Source: Octopus vulgaris
Lineage: Eukaryota
DNA length: 64,000 nucleotides
NCBI GenBank assembly: GCA_951406725.2
Contig: OX597823.1
Coordinates: forward strand, 92,628,001-92,692,000
Reading direction: 5' to 3'
Shown here: positions 1-14,115 of the stretch, one piece after another
Position numbering within the stretch: the stretch's first letter is position 1
Layout: each line of letters begins with the position of its first letter
The notes under the pieces: model-generated
Databases searched by the model: none
Told to the model about the DNA's origin: nothing
Seen by the model: only the letters and a program-made list of their open reading frames with translations
Program-made: the position numbers and the translations under genes

Positions 1-515
1 TATATATTTATATATATAAAACTCTAGTTGTGTGAGTGTCTGTCCCCTTCGATTTAGATTCCTAACTCCTCCCACATTTTGCGGTGCAGTTTAACCAAAT
101 TCGGGTATCTTATAGTCGTGATTCATATCGAGCCCGTCCTAGTATTAGCGCGCGTCAACGATGAGTCTACGATTTTAAAAATAATTTAACATCATTTTTT
201 ATTCCATTTTAATGCATAATTTTTCGTGTGTCGATGGCGGCGGAGTTGGCGTCCACGCTCACAGCTGCAGCTGTTTGCTTCTCCCCTTCCCTCCCTCGTG
301 AAGCTGTGGGGAAGGGAGTGTAAGGAAATCAACGTCGTAATGCGTTGTCAAGGAGACCAGCGTTCTTTTAGAACAACGACTTCATGGCTTGAAGACACCA
401 AAACAGAAATGGCTAAGAAAGCCCGAATTGGCATCTATAAGGGAAGTAACTCTCTAAAAATGCTTATATAGTTATTTCCCTTACAAACCCAAGCAACGCC
501 GGGCGATACTGCTAG
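1..515 (+). mobile_element. Non-autonomous Helitron-like element
   Basis: Starts TATATATAAAA...GTGTGAGTGTCTGTC. Ends with GC-rich CCCAAGCAACGCCGGG followed by CTAG|T (512-516), the typical Helitron 3' terminus. Confidence 0.7.
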
Positions 516-816
516 TAACCTTATAAAAGTGTAGAAGAAAATTTAAATTTATAGAATCAAGAGCTATGCGCAGTAGTCCTCTAATTGTGACTCTGTGTGC
601 ACGGAATGAGAGTCAATGGAAACGGCACGGATCGGAGTAAGGAAGAAGAGTAATCTCTCATTACAAAACTATGTTTTGTTCGTTTATGAAGGAAGAATAG
701 TTATTGGAGTTTTAATGTCCCCATACCTCCAATAACCATCATTTACTGCTCTTTAGGACATACATTGAGCAGCCAGTAATGGTGGGGTTGTTTTAACCGC
801 ACGTGGAGAAATGATT

Positions 817-1363
817 GGAGGGGAAAAATTATAATTAGACAGAATGCTAAATTGAAAGTAAATTTTAATAAAAATGGTTGTATGAAAAATTAAAAAAGAA
901 AATAAATTCAAACCAGCTTTCATGGCAAGGAAAATTTCCAACATTTGGAAAGGGAATTTTATTTTAATTGAGGAAGGGAAAAAAAGAAATTCACAATGTT
1001 TTTTGAAAAAAATAATAATACATATATACAAAAATTAATAAATGTAGACACATTGTAGTGTCTTATGCTTTAAAAATTCAATATTAGTCCTTGGAAAAAC
1101 TCCTTTGGGGGATTAGGATGCATATACTATAATGTAGTGTTTAGTTTGAAAGAGTTGGGTGATTGTGTGACAAACAATCACCCAACTCTTATTTTGACAC
1201 ACAATCACCCAACAATTTTTTTTCCTTCCAAATCTTGAAAATTTGCCTTGCAATGAAAGGTGGTTTGATTTATTATTTTTTGTTTTTTAATTTTTCATAC
1301 ACACATTTTTATTAAAATTTACTTTCAATTTAGCATTCTGCTTTATTATAATTTTTCCTCTCC
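817..1363. mobile_element. Foldback/Mutator-like MITE with ~135-bp terminal inverted repeats
   Basis: 817-952 (GGAGGGGAAAAATTATAAT...CAGAATGCTAAATTGAAAGTAAATTTTAATAAAAATG) is an imperfect reverse complement of ~1220-1363. An internal hairpin AGAGTTGGGTGATTGT/ACAATCACCCAACTCT lies at 1151-1189. Confidence 0.7.
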
Positions 1364-1394
<31 letters not shown>

Positions 1395-1396
1395 CT

Positions 1397-1465
<69 letters not shown>

Positions 1466-1770
1466 TGTATGTATATACACATATACATATAGAAACAATG
1501 AGGATATTTAAAGCTCGTATAGGGATATTTTGAAGAGCTATTTCTTCAATGAATTTTCTTATATTAAATATCATAAAATATAAAATATCAATTGTTTTAT
1601 TTCACAAATAAAATTAAAATTATAAACATAGATAAATATATCATATAAGTTTATATATGATTTATAATATTTATTTTGTGTTTGAAATGAAACAATTGCA
1701 GGTGAATACGTTAATTAATGTATTAATATTTTATCCATCAGATCTCTCTGTTTTCTACCTCAATAATTAT

Positions 1771-2161
1771 AGTAGTGACTGTGTGGTATGTAGCTTGCTA
1801 ACCAACCACATAGTTCCGGGTTCAATCCTACTATCTGACATCTTAGGTTAGTGTCTCGTACTATAGCCTCAGGCCGACAAGGACCTTGTCAGTTGATTTG
1901 GTAGAAGGAAATTGAAAGAAGTCAGTCGTGTATATATATATGCGTGTGTGTGTGTGTATGTATGTCTGTATATTTGTGTTTGACTGTGTGTGAGTTTGTC
2001 CCCCCACCATCACTTGGCAAGGTATGTTGGTGTGTTTACGTCCCCGTAACCTAGTGGTTCGGCAAAAGAGACCGATAAAATTAGTACTAGGTTTCCAAAG
2101 AATAAGTCCTGGGGTGCTCCAGCAAGGCTGCTGAAACAATGAAAATTAGAAGAGTAAAAGA

Positions 2162-2164
<3 letters not shown>
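1771..2164 (+). mobile_element. tRNA-derived CORE-type SINE (family A, octopus OR-like)
   Basis: A/B-box head (GTGTGGTA...GGGTTCAATCC), CORE-like CTTAGGTTAGTGTCT, internal TA/TG microsatellite and AGAGTAAAAGAATA tail. Homologous to copies at 10279 and 23868. Confidence 0.85.
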
Positions 2165-2239
<75 letters not shown>

Positions 2240-2975
2240 ATGGAAAATAAGACAAGTTAGAAAATAGTAACATAATTTTATCATGAAGTACCTTTTATCA
2301 CCTAATTTCGTCTGTTTGACTTTTTCAACTAAGAGTAAAATAAGAAAAAGAATTAAATTGGAGAAAAAATTAAGTGAAATGTTTTGTAGATATTTCCATA
2401 CTCTTTAAATAGGTAAATATTTTCCATAGCCTTCAGGTAGTCTGTTTCTCTGTCTGTCTCTTTCTATTCGTTTGTGAATGCCTAGTAAGTGGTTAGTAAT
2501 AGTTTGGGTAGAGAATTGAAGGTTTAAGCAGGAGCAGCCGAGTGAGGAGGGGGAGAAGAAGGTGAAGAAGTAGAAGTAGAAGAAGAAGGAGGAGGAGGAG
2601 GAGGTGGTAGAGAAGTAGAAACATGGAAAGGAGAAGGAGATAAAAGAAAATGAAATCTAGAGGGGTGCGGTGACACAGTAATTTATTCGTTGCATTGTCC
2701 CTGAATTTAAAGAGGAGAAAAATTCTAAATTTGGATTGTTCATTAGTAGCGATGTGCTCGAAAGGAATATGGTGCCATATTCTCTTCCATATCGGCTACC
2801 TCTGATGAGCGTAAGGTTATATAATCGGATTGTTACCTAATACTCCATTACTAACCCGATTAGTAAGATCAGCTGTGATGCCTTTATAATACTATATATT
2901 TTGAGCAATATACCCACTCTATTGACAGATATATATATAATTGCATCGTTCCCCTGATTTATGGTCTCTTAGACG

Positions 2976-3014
<39 letters not shown>

Positions 3015-3739
3015 CATCAAATACCATTTCGAATAATAGCGTAGCACAGGCAACGGTGGTGTCCCAGTACGACCGCAGCTTTGAAGCTGAAACAATTTAG
3101 TAAAGAATGTGTGTTTGTGTGTGTAGGTATGTGTATGTATGCATGTATATTCATGTATATATAAATTTACTTATATACAGCATTCGACGATACATTACAT
3201 CGACACAAGTTTGTATATTTCGCTGTTTCCATAAAACTGCATGGAACGAATTTTGTCTTCCTTATAGGCATTCGTGTGACATTGAGCTTGAGTGTATATA
3301 CTCAAACACCTTTGTCTCACTCGATAATTTCAATCAGTATTTGCTTTTGCTGACGTCAGCAAAGACCAGAGATCCTTTGCTGACGTTGATACGGAAACTA
3401 TAGTGAGAGTCACAAATATACAGAAAGATATGAGAAAGAGGAGCGAGAGATAGATAAATAGAAAGAGAGTGAGAGGGAGGGAGAGAGTGGTGTAGACATC
3501 TTATGTAAATAGAATTTAATAATGAAGCACAGATATAATCGATGTAAATATTAAGAGGAAAAGAGGAATGTATTCAGAGCGAGAGAGAGAGGGACAGACA
3601 GAGACAGAGAGACGAATGACATGTAAAGAAAAAAACAGGAATGCACAAAGAAAGTACACACAATTAGGTGTACATGTGTGCGTGTACATGGGTATGTAAG
3701 CGTGTATAGATAATTGTTATGTATGTAGAAGCTGTATGT

Positions 3740-3844
3740 GAATGTCTGCATATACATACATACATACATATATATATATATATGTATATATATATACAAA
3801 TATACATACATGTGTATACATATATATATGTATTTATATATGTA

Positions 3845-3887
<43 letters not shown>

Positions 3888-3950
3888 ATATACGTACATG
3901 TTTATGCATATATATATATATGTATATATGTGTGTGTATATATGTATATA

Positions 3951-4006
<56 letters not shown>
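3740..4006. repeat. (TA)n/(TACA)n compound microsatellite
   Basis: Seen directly; source of spurious YI-repeat ORFs. Confidence 0.95.
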
Positions 4007-4008
<2 letters not shown>

Positions 4009-4885
4009 TTCTCCTGGGAGTGCGTGTGTGTACAAAGAAAATGTACGCAGATTCAGAGTCTGAAAGAAAATAATATATCAGACTGACGCAAATGGAAAAC
4101 AACGAAACAGAGAAATATCGAAGAAGAGTTAAATAAAATCGGGGGAAAAAATGATGAAATAAAATGAAAAAAAAAACCCAACCAGAAACAGCGAGTACAG
4201 AAAAGAGAAACTAGCAAATAATATTGAAGAGTAAAAAATGCGGATGAGTAACGTATAACAAAATAAAACGAAAGAATTGCAGATTTAATGTAAGAAACTA
4301 CAGTTAGAACAGTTGAGAATAGAACAAATAATTTTTTTAAAAATTGGAATAATTCCATCTTGAAAAACATGGAAAAACTATATTACAATAAAGTAAAGAG
4401 AAGTACAAAAAAATAAATGTTTTTCATGTAAGAAAAAAATAATAAAATGAATTTTTAGTATGGAACATGTAAACAAGACCAACAAAATTTATAATAAAAA
4501 GAAATAGTATTTTAACGAACAATATAGTAAACAATAGAAAAAATAAACAATTATATAAGACGAAAACATATAAATCAAATCTCTAAACTGAAATAAAATG
4601 AAATGTTTTTATGGAAAAAAAATTAAAATTAAAATTTGTAAAAAATAATTTAAATGTGTTTTAGAGAAAGGAAAATAACAAAAATGTGACAAACATTGAG
4701 TAAGAAGAGGAGAAAAATTATGAAAGTTGCAAAAAGATAAAAATGAAAGAAATTTTTTTTTAAATGCAGAGAATATATTTCTGTTTAAATTATTTGTATT
4801 CTTTTAGCAGATTATTGTTTACAATTGCTGTAACGTAGAGAAGTGATGGCATACTCTAGCACACATACATGTCATGCATGTACGT

Positions 4886-4886
4886 A

Positions 4887-4952
<66 letters not shown>

Positions 4953-4979
4953 GTATTTATCTATCTATCTATCTATCTT

Positions 4980-5040
<61 letters not shown>

Positions 5041-5142
5041 CTATCTGTCTATCTATCTATCATTCTATCTATCTTTTTATCTATTTATCTATTTATCTAC
5101 TTATCTATCCATCTATCAATCTATTTATATATCTGTCTATCT
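4886..5142. repeat. (ATCT)n microsatellite
   Basis: Seen directly. Confidence 0.95.
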
Positions 5143-5166
5143 CCCACATACACACGCACACATATA

Positions 5167-5497
5167 GGCGCAGGCTCGGCTGTGTAGTGAGAAGTTTTCT
5201 TCGCAAACATATGGTTTCAAGTTCAATCGTACCTCGTGCCACCTTGTGCAAAATACTTTTTCCTAAAGACCTGGGGCGCCTAAAGCCTTGTGAGAGGATT
5301 TGGCAGAGAGAATCCGATTGTTTATGGGTATGTATGAGCCTATCACCCACCACTGCGTGATAATCATTGTTGGTTTGTTTACGTCCCCCTAAATTAGCTC
5401 TTCGACAAAAGAAACCAAACTTTAAAAAGTAGTACTGTGGTCGATTCGTTCGACAAGATGTTCAAGGCAACAATCGAATGACTGGAGCAAGTAAAGG
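5167..5497 (+). mobile_element. SINE family A (CORE-type), diverged
   Basis: GGCGCAGG...GGCTGTGTAGTGAGAAG head, CACCTTGTGCAAA core, GTTTACGTCCCC and GTCGATTCGTTCGAC motifs. Confidence 0.8.
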
Positions 5498-5498
5498 G

Positions 5499-5555
<57 letters not shown>

Positions 5556-5573
5556 CATATGTGTATATATCTA

Positions 5574-5609
<36 letters not shown>

Positions 5610-5661
5610 TACATATGTATATATATATAGATACATATACACATATTTACATATATATGAT

Positions 5662-5701
<40 letters not shown>

Positions 5702-5942
5702 ACGAGAGAGAGAAAGAGAGGTTATGAGAGTTATTGGTGTCAATAAGACCCAAAGGTGTCAAGTAATGCTGTGTAATTGCTGTCAACAGACTATAGTTAG
5801 GGTCCAGGTTCGGTAATTATGCGAATAAGGAGTCCAACGTAGGTGATATATCAGCATGTGTATATACAAAAAAAAAATTGGATAAAATTCAAAGATAAAT
5901 ATCAAAGGCTGTGAAAGATTTTAGAACATTTATAAATAGAAG

Positions 5943-5990
5943 GTCTTAGAACTGTTTCCGGGATATCTTATATATCACTTCATTAGAGAC
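5943..5990 (-). ncRNA. Degenerate minimal type I hammerhead motif (Penelope-like repeat remnant)
   Basis: Minus strand reads GTCT-CTAATGA-AGTGATAT..ATATCCC-G-GAAA-CAGTTC-TA-AGAC. Core G5 is mutated and the stem III palindrome is decayed. Confidence 0.45.
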
Positions 5991-6169
5991 GGTGTGAGAA
6001 AATGTTGAAGCAATAGTTATTCTAGATAAGATATGAAATCGAGAGTGAAGTGGAGGAAGGGAAGTAGACGCGAGTTATGCAGGGATATTGCATCTGTAGA
6101 TACATTATTTAGGCAGAATGGTATACATATAAAATTCCAATACCTTGTGAGTAAGTTCCAATAGTATTT

Positions 6170-6432
6170 AAATAACGTGAAATCAACGTGCAAGTAGCTG
6201 AGCACTCCAGAGACTATACCTTTAACGTAGTTCTTAGGGAGATTCAACATGACACAGAGTGTTACAAGGCTGGCCCTTTGAAATACAGGCACTGCTCCTT
6301 TTCCCCAGCTGAGTGGACAGGAGCAACATGAAATAAAGGGTCTTGCTCAAGAACATAACGCGTCGCCAGGAATTGAACTCCCGACCTTACGATCGTGAAC
6401 CGAATGCCCTAATCACTAAGCCACGTGCCTTC
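6170..6432 (-). mobile_element. tRNA-derived SINE family C (OR1-like)
   Basis: Reverse complement shows a GGCACGTGGCTTAGTGATTAGGGCA...GAGTTCAATTCC head and a body shared with 57658-58043. Confidence 0.8.
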
Positions 6433-6551
6433 AGACACACACACACGCATATATATAGATAGCTAGATAAAGAATGGATAGTGTACATTTATACATGCTT
6501 ACACATGCATGGATGTCTGTACGTGTGTATGAATGTATGTATGCCTCTTTT

Positions 6552-6595
<44 letters not shown>

Positions 6596-7339
6596 CGCGT
6601 GCGTGTGTGTGTATGTCTATATCCACTTTATTAGTCCGATATTAACATCACTCCGATAGTAAGGCTCATTTGCTTATTTCCTTCTTGGGATCGGAGAAAA
6701 GGTATTCAAAGTCCGCCGTGAGTGTTTCTGTGTCAGCAATCCTTATAAAAACTCTATTCTTAGCGTGGAACTGTCCGTTGGAAAAGCCTTCTTACTACTC
6801 TGAGTATGAACCAGTAAAATAGATGAAGTCTAATATTCTGAGTTTGGTGTGCGATCACTTTACCATTTCCGTGTGGCATGCTTTGAACCTTTATAGGCAA
6901 CGTCGAATTGATGGATCGAGCGACCTAATTTACAGCAGAAACATTTGATCACTATAAGGAAATCATCGGTACAGTTTGTTCAGCAAAATGCTGCCTCAAT
7001 ACGATCTTGCTTACCAATTATACCGTGTTTGTTGTTTTCGATAGGGCCGCTTGCCCTGATATGATTGAATTTTAAAATGCAACATTATTGTAATACTGTA
7101 ATATGTAGAGATTATATAATACGTTTCTGTAGTGGCTTTGTTGTATTGGGATTCGTCTGTCTTTCGTTCGAAGGATGGCAATTTCGTGTTGCTTTGTGAA
7201 ATTGCTCATAGCATTTCTCTGTAGGAAATCAGAAGATAATCATTAGTGTGTTTTATTTCAGTAGCAAGCAACTTTTGCGCTTAAGATGCACAGAAATGGA
7301 AGAAACACTACGAGGCGTCTCGAACGAAGCTCTGACTCT

Positions 7340-7905
7340 CGAATAAGGCGTTGAAGAAGGAATACTTCTACTCAGGGCATATAGTGAATATGCGCCGAGA
7401 TACGGATGCTAAACGCTTAAAGAGAATAAAGGCAGATTAGAAGGTATTTAATTCAATCGAAGATGTGCTCAAAACAAAGACAGGCAATACCATATGTGTC
7501 AGACTCTTCAATAATACCGTTCTGCTTACGCTCTTATACACTGTCGAAACGTGGCCTACGCCAAAGATGATAGAATATCGATCGGCTGCGATGCAAAGGG
7601 CTGTTGAAAGATCCATGCTAGGAATATCGTTACGAGGGCATAATTGGAGAACGGTGTAGAGTGGACGATCTAATCGTAGAATGCGGAAAGCACAAGCTGG
7701 GCTGAATATATTGCTGGGTTCACAGAGCCCGAGATCGGAAAAGTCCGCCTGGAAGATGACCTCCACAACGAGGGTAATATGATACAGTCAAGCAATTTGG
7801 GTGGAGATGAAACAGAATAATTCAACCAAGACACCATTAGAAGTGCATTGTGAACAGCGGTGTATAACAGCATCTAGTGATTTTATCGATACAGTGATAC
7901 AGTGA
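7340..7905 (+). mobile_element. RTE-clade LINE 3' fragment (RT C-terminal region), pseudogenised
   Basis: Translation LFNNTVLLTLLYTVETW...QRAVERSMLGISLR resembles the RTE LFxxxVLPxLLYGxETW...QRxMERxMLGI motif. Ends in the short tandem tail GATACAGTGATACAGTG. Confidence 0.75.
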
Positions 7906-8401
7906 ATTTGACTAAAACTTGAGATAAGTAGACTCTATCTGTGCTTCATGTTTGCTTTGAAACCAAGAGATAAAAGCTTTAAATCTCTTTTCTAAACCAG
8001 CAACGTCAGTTGACTCTTTCCTTTGAAGAGAGAACGTTGATATTATTTCAACAAGCTTCGTCAGTTAATATTCAGAAATTTTAGACACTTCGTGTACACG
8101 TCTTGACATATAGTCTTTAGAAATTGCAACACTATTAATATAGTATTTACTATTCATTCCTACAAGTATTTTGTGCTAAAGTTTTAAAGTCTTCTGCAAC
8201 TGTATAAAGTTTTGCCTATATTTGCTGTTCAATAGCCAATACGAAATCAAATACGTAAAACATTTTTGTTTATAGATATAAACGTCGAAAATATAGATTT
8301 CCTTTCATTCAATTCAAAAGATTTTCCTTTAAAACAGATTCAATTCCAAACATTTCTTTTTTAAAATAGATTCAATTCTAAAGACTTTCTCTTAAAATAT
8401 T

Positions 8402-8536
8402 CTTCTCTTGGAATTTTGAAATTCGAGTCTTTTGCCTCTCAATATCATTTCAGTTTAGGCGCATTAAAACTCCTATTACTTAGAATATCTATTCATTTAC
8501 AACGCATTCCGATTAATTCAGTCTTATCACCAGTAC
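8402..8536 (+). repeat. ~135-bp direct repeat, copy 1 (copy 2 at 9632-9766)
   Basis: TTGAAATTCGAGTCTTTTGCCTCTCAATATCATTTCAGTTTAGGCGCATTAA is shared exactly between the two copies. Confidence 0.9.
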
Positions 8537-8916
8537 TGGTAAAACCATTAGCATTAAGAATTGCACCATATTTTACGATGTTCAATTTGTGATGCTGCTT
8601 ATAAACACAAACATGCTGCAGCTAGACAAGACCTCCTTAATGTACGGTGGTTCACTACTGACTTTTCAATGTTGATTGTTTTTTTTTTTACACATTTATG
8701 AATTGCGGGTTACATTTTATTGCGTAAGTAAAAGACATGGCTGTACGTTTAAGAAATTTGCGTCGTAAAAGGCTGACCTTTCCTCCTATTATATTGTAAA
8801 ACATGTCGGACAGGTTTATTGAGGCTCAACATAACCATGATTTTGTGAGGGAACTTCATATTGTCTGGAAGCTATGAATGTATGTATGCATGTATGTATT
8901 CATGTATGTATGTGAC

Positions 8917-9000
<84 letters not shown>

Positions 9001-9068
9001 ACTCTCTATCAATCTACCTACCTCTTTCTCTCTTTCTCTCTCTCTATATATATTATATATATATATAC

Positions 9069-9106
<38 letters not shown>

Positions 9107-9326
9107 CAAGCACATTGAAAACGCGAGTTTACACTTGTTCTGTTTCCTGTGACTTATCGGACGATAAAAAGGAACCGATAGAATAAGTATCTGATCTAAA
9201 ATAATTACTGACATAGATTTATTCAATTAAACTCTTCAAGAAGGTGCTACAACATAGCTACATTCCAGTGATAGGAACATTTAAAAGAACACACAATAAA
9301 AGTTATAGTTCCCTATCTTACTTCAA

Positions 9327-9535
9327 AGGCGAGCTGGCAGAATCGTTAGCACGCCGGTCGAAATGCATAGCGGCATTTTGTCCGTCTTTACGTTTTCAGA
9401 TCAAATTAGGTTCCCACTTCAAAATCGACTTTGTCTTACATCATTCTGGTATCGATAAAATAAATACCAGTTGAAGTACTGGGGTCGATGTGACCGCCTT
9501 AACCAAAAGTATTACCTATGTTCCAAAATTTGAAA
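9327..9535 (+). mobile_element. tRNA-derived SINE family B, diverged
   Basis: GGCGAGCTGGCAGAATCGTTAGCACGCCGG head and GATAAAATAAATACCAG...GGGGTCGATG body. Confidence 0.8.
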
Positions 9536-9631
9536 TTCTGAAGTAAAATCATTAGTTGACAACATTCTGAATAACAGAAAATAATGTTGTATTCGCCATT
9601 CTTCACTGAAATCTCATAAAGATATTTAAGA

Positions 9632-9766
9632 CTTCTCTTGGATATTTGAAATTCGAGTCTTTTGCCTCTCAATATCATTTCAGTTTAGGCGCATTAATAC
9701 TGCTTTTACTTAGAATATGTATTCATTTAAAACGCATTCCAATTAATTCAGGCTTATCGGCAGTAC
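9632..9766 (+). repeat. ~135-bp direct repeat, copy 2
   Basis: Matches 8402-8536. Confidence 0.9.
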
Positions 9767-9869
9767 ATAAAATTTACGTAGAGAAATATGGACCAAATAG
9801 GAATTTAGTAGCATGGTTAGGATTTCAGCATGATGCAAGAATGCCACCAAATGAAAAACATGAATCATA

Positions 9870-10178
9870 ACTGGCATTCCATTTGTTACGATGACGAGGG
9901 TTCCAGTTGATCCGACAAACTAATAAGCTTGTGCACGTGTCTGAGTACTCCACAGACAGATCTATCTTTAACGTAGTTTTCAGGGAGACTCAACGTGACG
10001 AGGCTTCTGACAAGATTGGCCTTTTGAAATACACGTACAGCTCATTTTTGTCAGCTGAGTAAACTGGAGCAATCTGGAATGAAATGTCTAGCTCAAAGAC
10101 ATAATGCGCCGGTGAGGAACGAACGTACGACCTTACGACCGTGGACCAAATACTATAAACACTAAGTCACGTGCTTTC
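9870..10178 (-). mobile_element. SINE family C, diverged
   Basis: GTTACGATGACGAGGGTTCCAGTTGATCCGA is the reverse complement of the 3' end of 57658-58043. Confidence 0.8.
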
Positions 10179-10278
10179 AAAACAGCTGAATTACCAAGAC
10201 AAGAGGAATTATTATCGTCAGCTTCGAAATAGGAATCCTCATAGATATGCCTCACCCAAGTACAGTACAAGCATTAAC

Positions 10279-10438
10279 TCAGGAGTGGCTGTGTGGTGAA
10301 TAGCTTGCTTACCAACCTCATGGTTCCGGGTTCAGTCACACTGCGTGGCATCTTGGGCAAGTGTCTTCTACTATAGCCTCGAGCCTACCAATGCCTTGTG
10401 AGTGGATTTAGCAGGTAGAAACTGAATGAAGCCCGTCG

Positions 10439-10504
<66 letters not shown>

Positions 10505-10712
10505 CATGTGTGTCTTTGTTCCTCCATCATCGCTTGACAACCGATGTTGATGTGTTTACGTCGCCGTAACCTGGCGGTTCGGTAAAAGAGACCGATAGGA
10601 TTAGTACTAGACTGACAAAAAATAAGACCCGGGGTCGATTTACTCGACTAAAGTCGGTACTCCAGCATGAGCCCAGTCAAATGACTGAAACAAATAAAAG
10701 AGTTAAAGAGAT
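10279..10712 (+). mobile_element. SINE family A (CORE-type), near full length
   Basis: CAGGAGTGGCTGTGTGGT...GGTTCCGGGTTCAGTC head and CTTGGGCAAGTGTCTT CORE motif, with an internal (TA)(TG) array. Confidence 0.9.
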
Positions 10713-10786
10713 TAAACAAACACATGCATCAAGATTCAGCTAATGCTTCCCTCTAGTTTCTCATCAAATGATTCAGGTCTGACTCA

Positions 10787-11215
<429 letters not shown>

Positions 11216-13239
11216 ATTATTATTATTACTACACTTATATTTCCTTGCACAATAAGGCAATACACGGCTTTTTTGTCGTATTCTCATTTTTCTTGTTAAC
11301 TGTCAAAGCTTATACAGTATATAGCATTTTCAGTGCTTCAGCTGTTCCAAGAAAGGTAAATATTTCGAACACGTTGAAAACTGTTAACACGTAAATTAGA
11401 TGTTAAAATTTCAAATGTTGAAGTCACGGTAAATTTACCACCAGGTAAACGACTAGATCTTCTGAATCTTTTTATGTTATTCAACACCTGTCAGAGTCAC
11501 ATTAGATAGATGTTATTTCATGAAAAATGAATTTTCACTCTTTGCAATCCAAAAACACCTTTTTTATTTTTATAAAATGTCGCTGTGAATGTGATTAGTT
11601 AGTTCACTTGTAAGACAAATAGAACAGTATGTCAAACCCAGGTGTAAGCATGAATAGTAGTATACATACTGTGAAAATGTTTGCATTTATGTATGTGCAT
11701 CAGTTCACATAATCTTATATATGTAAGTCTATGTATATGTATATATATATATGGTTCAAAATGGTACAAAAACAAAAGACAGACAGATGTGAGGAAGCAA
11801 CAAAGAAGCTGTATCTGTAGGACGCTCAGGAAATATGAAAAGTCTTGACATTTCGAGCCTACGCACTTTTACAGAAAAGAATAGGGAAAGGGAGAGGAAA
11901 AGCGAAGAGAAACTAAAAGAACAGTGTTTGGATTAACAGGTGCACACACTGAATATAAAAGTAAACTACAACAAACAAATAATAACTATGGAAGACTGGT
12001 GGGATTATTATTTGTATGGACTTAAAGATTCGTTGCTATTTAGTATTTAGTTTAGTCATTGTAGGTTTACTACTAGTACCGATACGGATGTATATATAGA
12101 CTTATGTGTTTCTTTGTTGCAGTTCAATTTTAAAGTTAGTGTTTTATCCTGCCTATATTTAGATTGAATGGATGTGGTTATTAAGCTTTCACTTTTATAT
12201 TATAGTATGGAAGACTGTAGGGAATAAAATGTGTGACTTTCCCTGTAAGTTAAGATTAATATTCCCTCAAATAATAATTATATATAGATATGAAACTGTT
12301 TCTTATGACAATTATGCAAGGATTTAGGATACTGGGGCAATATTGTGGGTATAGCTAATGGAAAAACAATGTAGGTACTAGCACAGATTTTGACAGATTT
12401 GTACAGCAGAGTCACAGCATTTTTGCAGAAGGTGAAAGACGAATATGTTCTACTGATAACTCCCTGTTCAGAGGGAAAACAAATAAACAAGGCTGTTATT
12501 TTAAGATACAATGACATATTTTCAATTTTTAGATGTATACAAATATTCTTTTATTACTTTACTTGTCATTTCACTGAATTAGCTGAAGGGCGACTGTTCG
12601 AGAAAACATCGCGATATAAGGTAAAATACTGTGGGGTATTATTAAGTATTATTGCTTTAAACCTAAACTATAGAGAGCTCCGACGGAGGCAGCTGTGTGA
12701 CAGATCATCTGTCTTGTTAAGGGATACGGCTTGCTGTCATTGAGACATACAAGGTCGTCATAGAATGTTCAGAGATGAAGCATTTTTGACTATGTGTCTA
12801 CACGGACAGGCCTAACCTCAAGCAACCACAGATCATAAAAGTTAATTATGCCCATTGCGAGAAAAACTCGAATCGTGCATTCCAATGGAATCCATGGAAC
12901 AAATATTATGAAAGAGCTGAACATTAAGATATTTTATGAAATTTATATTGTATCTGAACATAAAAAAATAATAAATAACTAAGAAAAATAATAGCAAATA
13001 TACAAAGGCTGCAGTAATTGCAGATGGATTACTATAGATATAAATATCCCAAGAGACGAGTTGATTAAAAATTTAAAAAAGAAATGTAAATGTGAAAAAA
13101 TTTCACAAAATGTAATAAACATAAAGAAAAGTGAATAGAGAAAAGGAGATCTCTTGATCTAATCACTGATCAAAAGGAAACGCAAGTGCAGATTAAATTA
13201 AATTTTTCCAGGGACATCATAGAGATGAAGCAGACGAGA

Positions 13240-13562
13240 TGAAGATGATCATGGCAATCAGCTTCGTCATTGCTGTCATCGTCAACAACATGAACATTAG
13301 TAATTCCATCACAATTGTGACTTAAATCATTAGCATCAACGTCATCGTCGTCGTCATCATCACATTCAACATCATCATCATCATCATCATGATTGTCGTC
13401 ATTATTCACCGTTATTATCATTTTAAACAAAATCCACCAAAATTTATCATTATCAACATCACTGTTCATCTATGAACGCCCTTTAACCTCATCACCACCA
13501 CCATCATCGACATGATCATCGTCGTGGTTGTCGTAGTCATCATCATCATCATCATCATCATT
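13240..13562. repeat. Degenerate (CAT/CGT)n trinucleotide array
   Basis: Seen directly; explains the Asp-rich ORF 13170-13469. Confidence 0.8.
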
Positions 13563-13879
13563 CAGTTACTACTGATTCAATTCCGAAACAGCTTGCTCTG
13601 CCACTTCACTTCGCAAACTCTTCATATTTATTCAACCAAGTTTCCATTCCGTCCTCACCATGTTTCTTAAGCTCTTCTGAAATACTTTCCTCGCAGTTCC
13701 ACCGTATAATTGTTATTTCCCTCTTTTAGAAGAATTGGAAATCATCACATAATGGAGAAGAAAACAGGCTGATTTCGGAATGGATACGAAACGGATTGTG
13801 GCCGTGCTTGGGCACTGCTTTTAAGAGCTTTAGCCAAACAAATCAACTCAGTACCTTCTTTAATTCTTGTACTTGTTGT

Positions 13880-14115
13880 CATGCTAATGGTGTTGGGCTC
13901 CACCACATATACAGATACACAGACGCACACACACGCGCACACAAACACATTTTCGATTGACCTCTACACAGTTTCCGTGTGCCAAACCCACTTAAAAAGC
14001 AGCGGTGAAGGGCTCGTATCTACATTTGAAAACTTTTGCGCAAGGTGCCGCCCCGTGAGACTGAACTCATAATTTCGTAGTTGCAAAGTTAGATTAGCAA
14101 CACAGCTACACCTGC
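13880..14115 (-). mobile_element. SINE family A, old and degraded
   Basis: CAAGGTGCCGCCCCGTGAGACTGAACTC and CACAGCTACACCTGC match the reverse complement of the family A head. Confidence 0.6.

Noticed and set aside
2795-2885. CTGATGA core with a downstream CAGCTG palindrome as a hammerhead
   Set aside because: No GAAA element or convincing stem I. At most a very decayed remnant.
6660-7060. Possible Helitron PIF1 helicase remnant (minus strand GFSNGQFHAKNRV versus FSHGQLYVAxSRV)
   Set aside because: A single weak motif; the neighbouring helicase motifs are not recognisable.
13170-13469. Asp-rich 99-aa ORF
   Set aside because: It is a decayed (GAT)n microsatellite.
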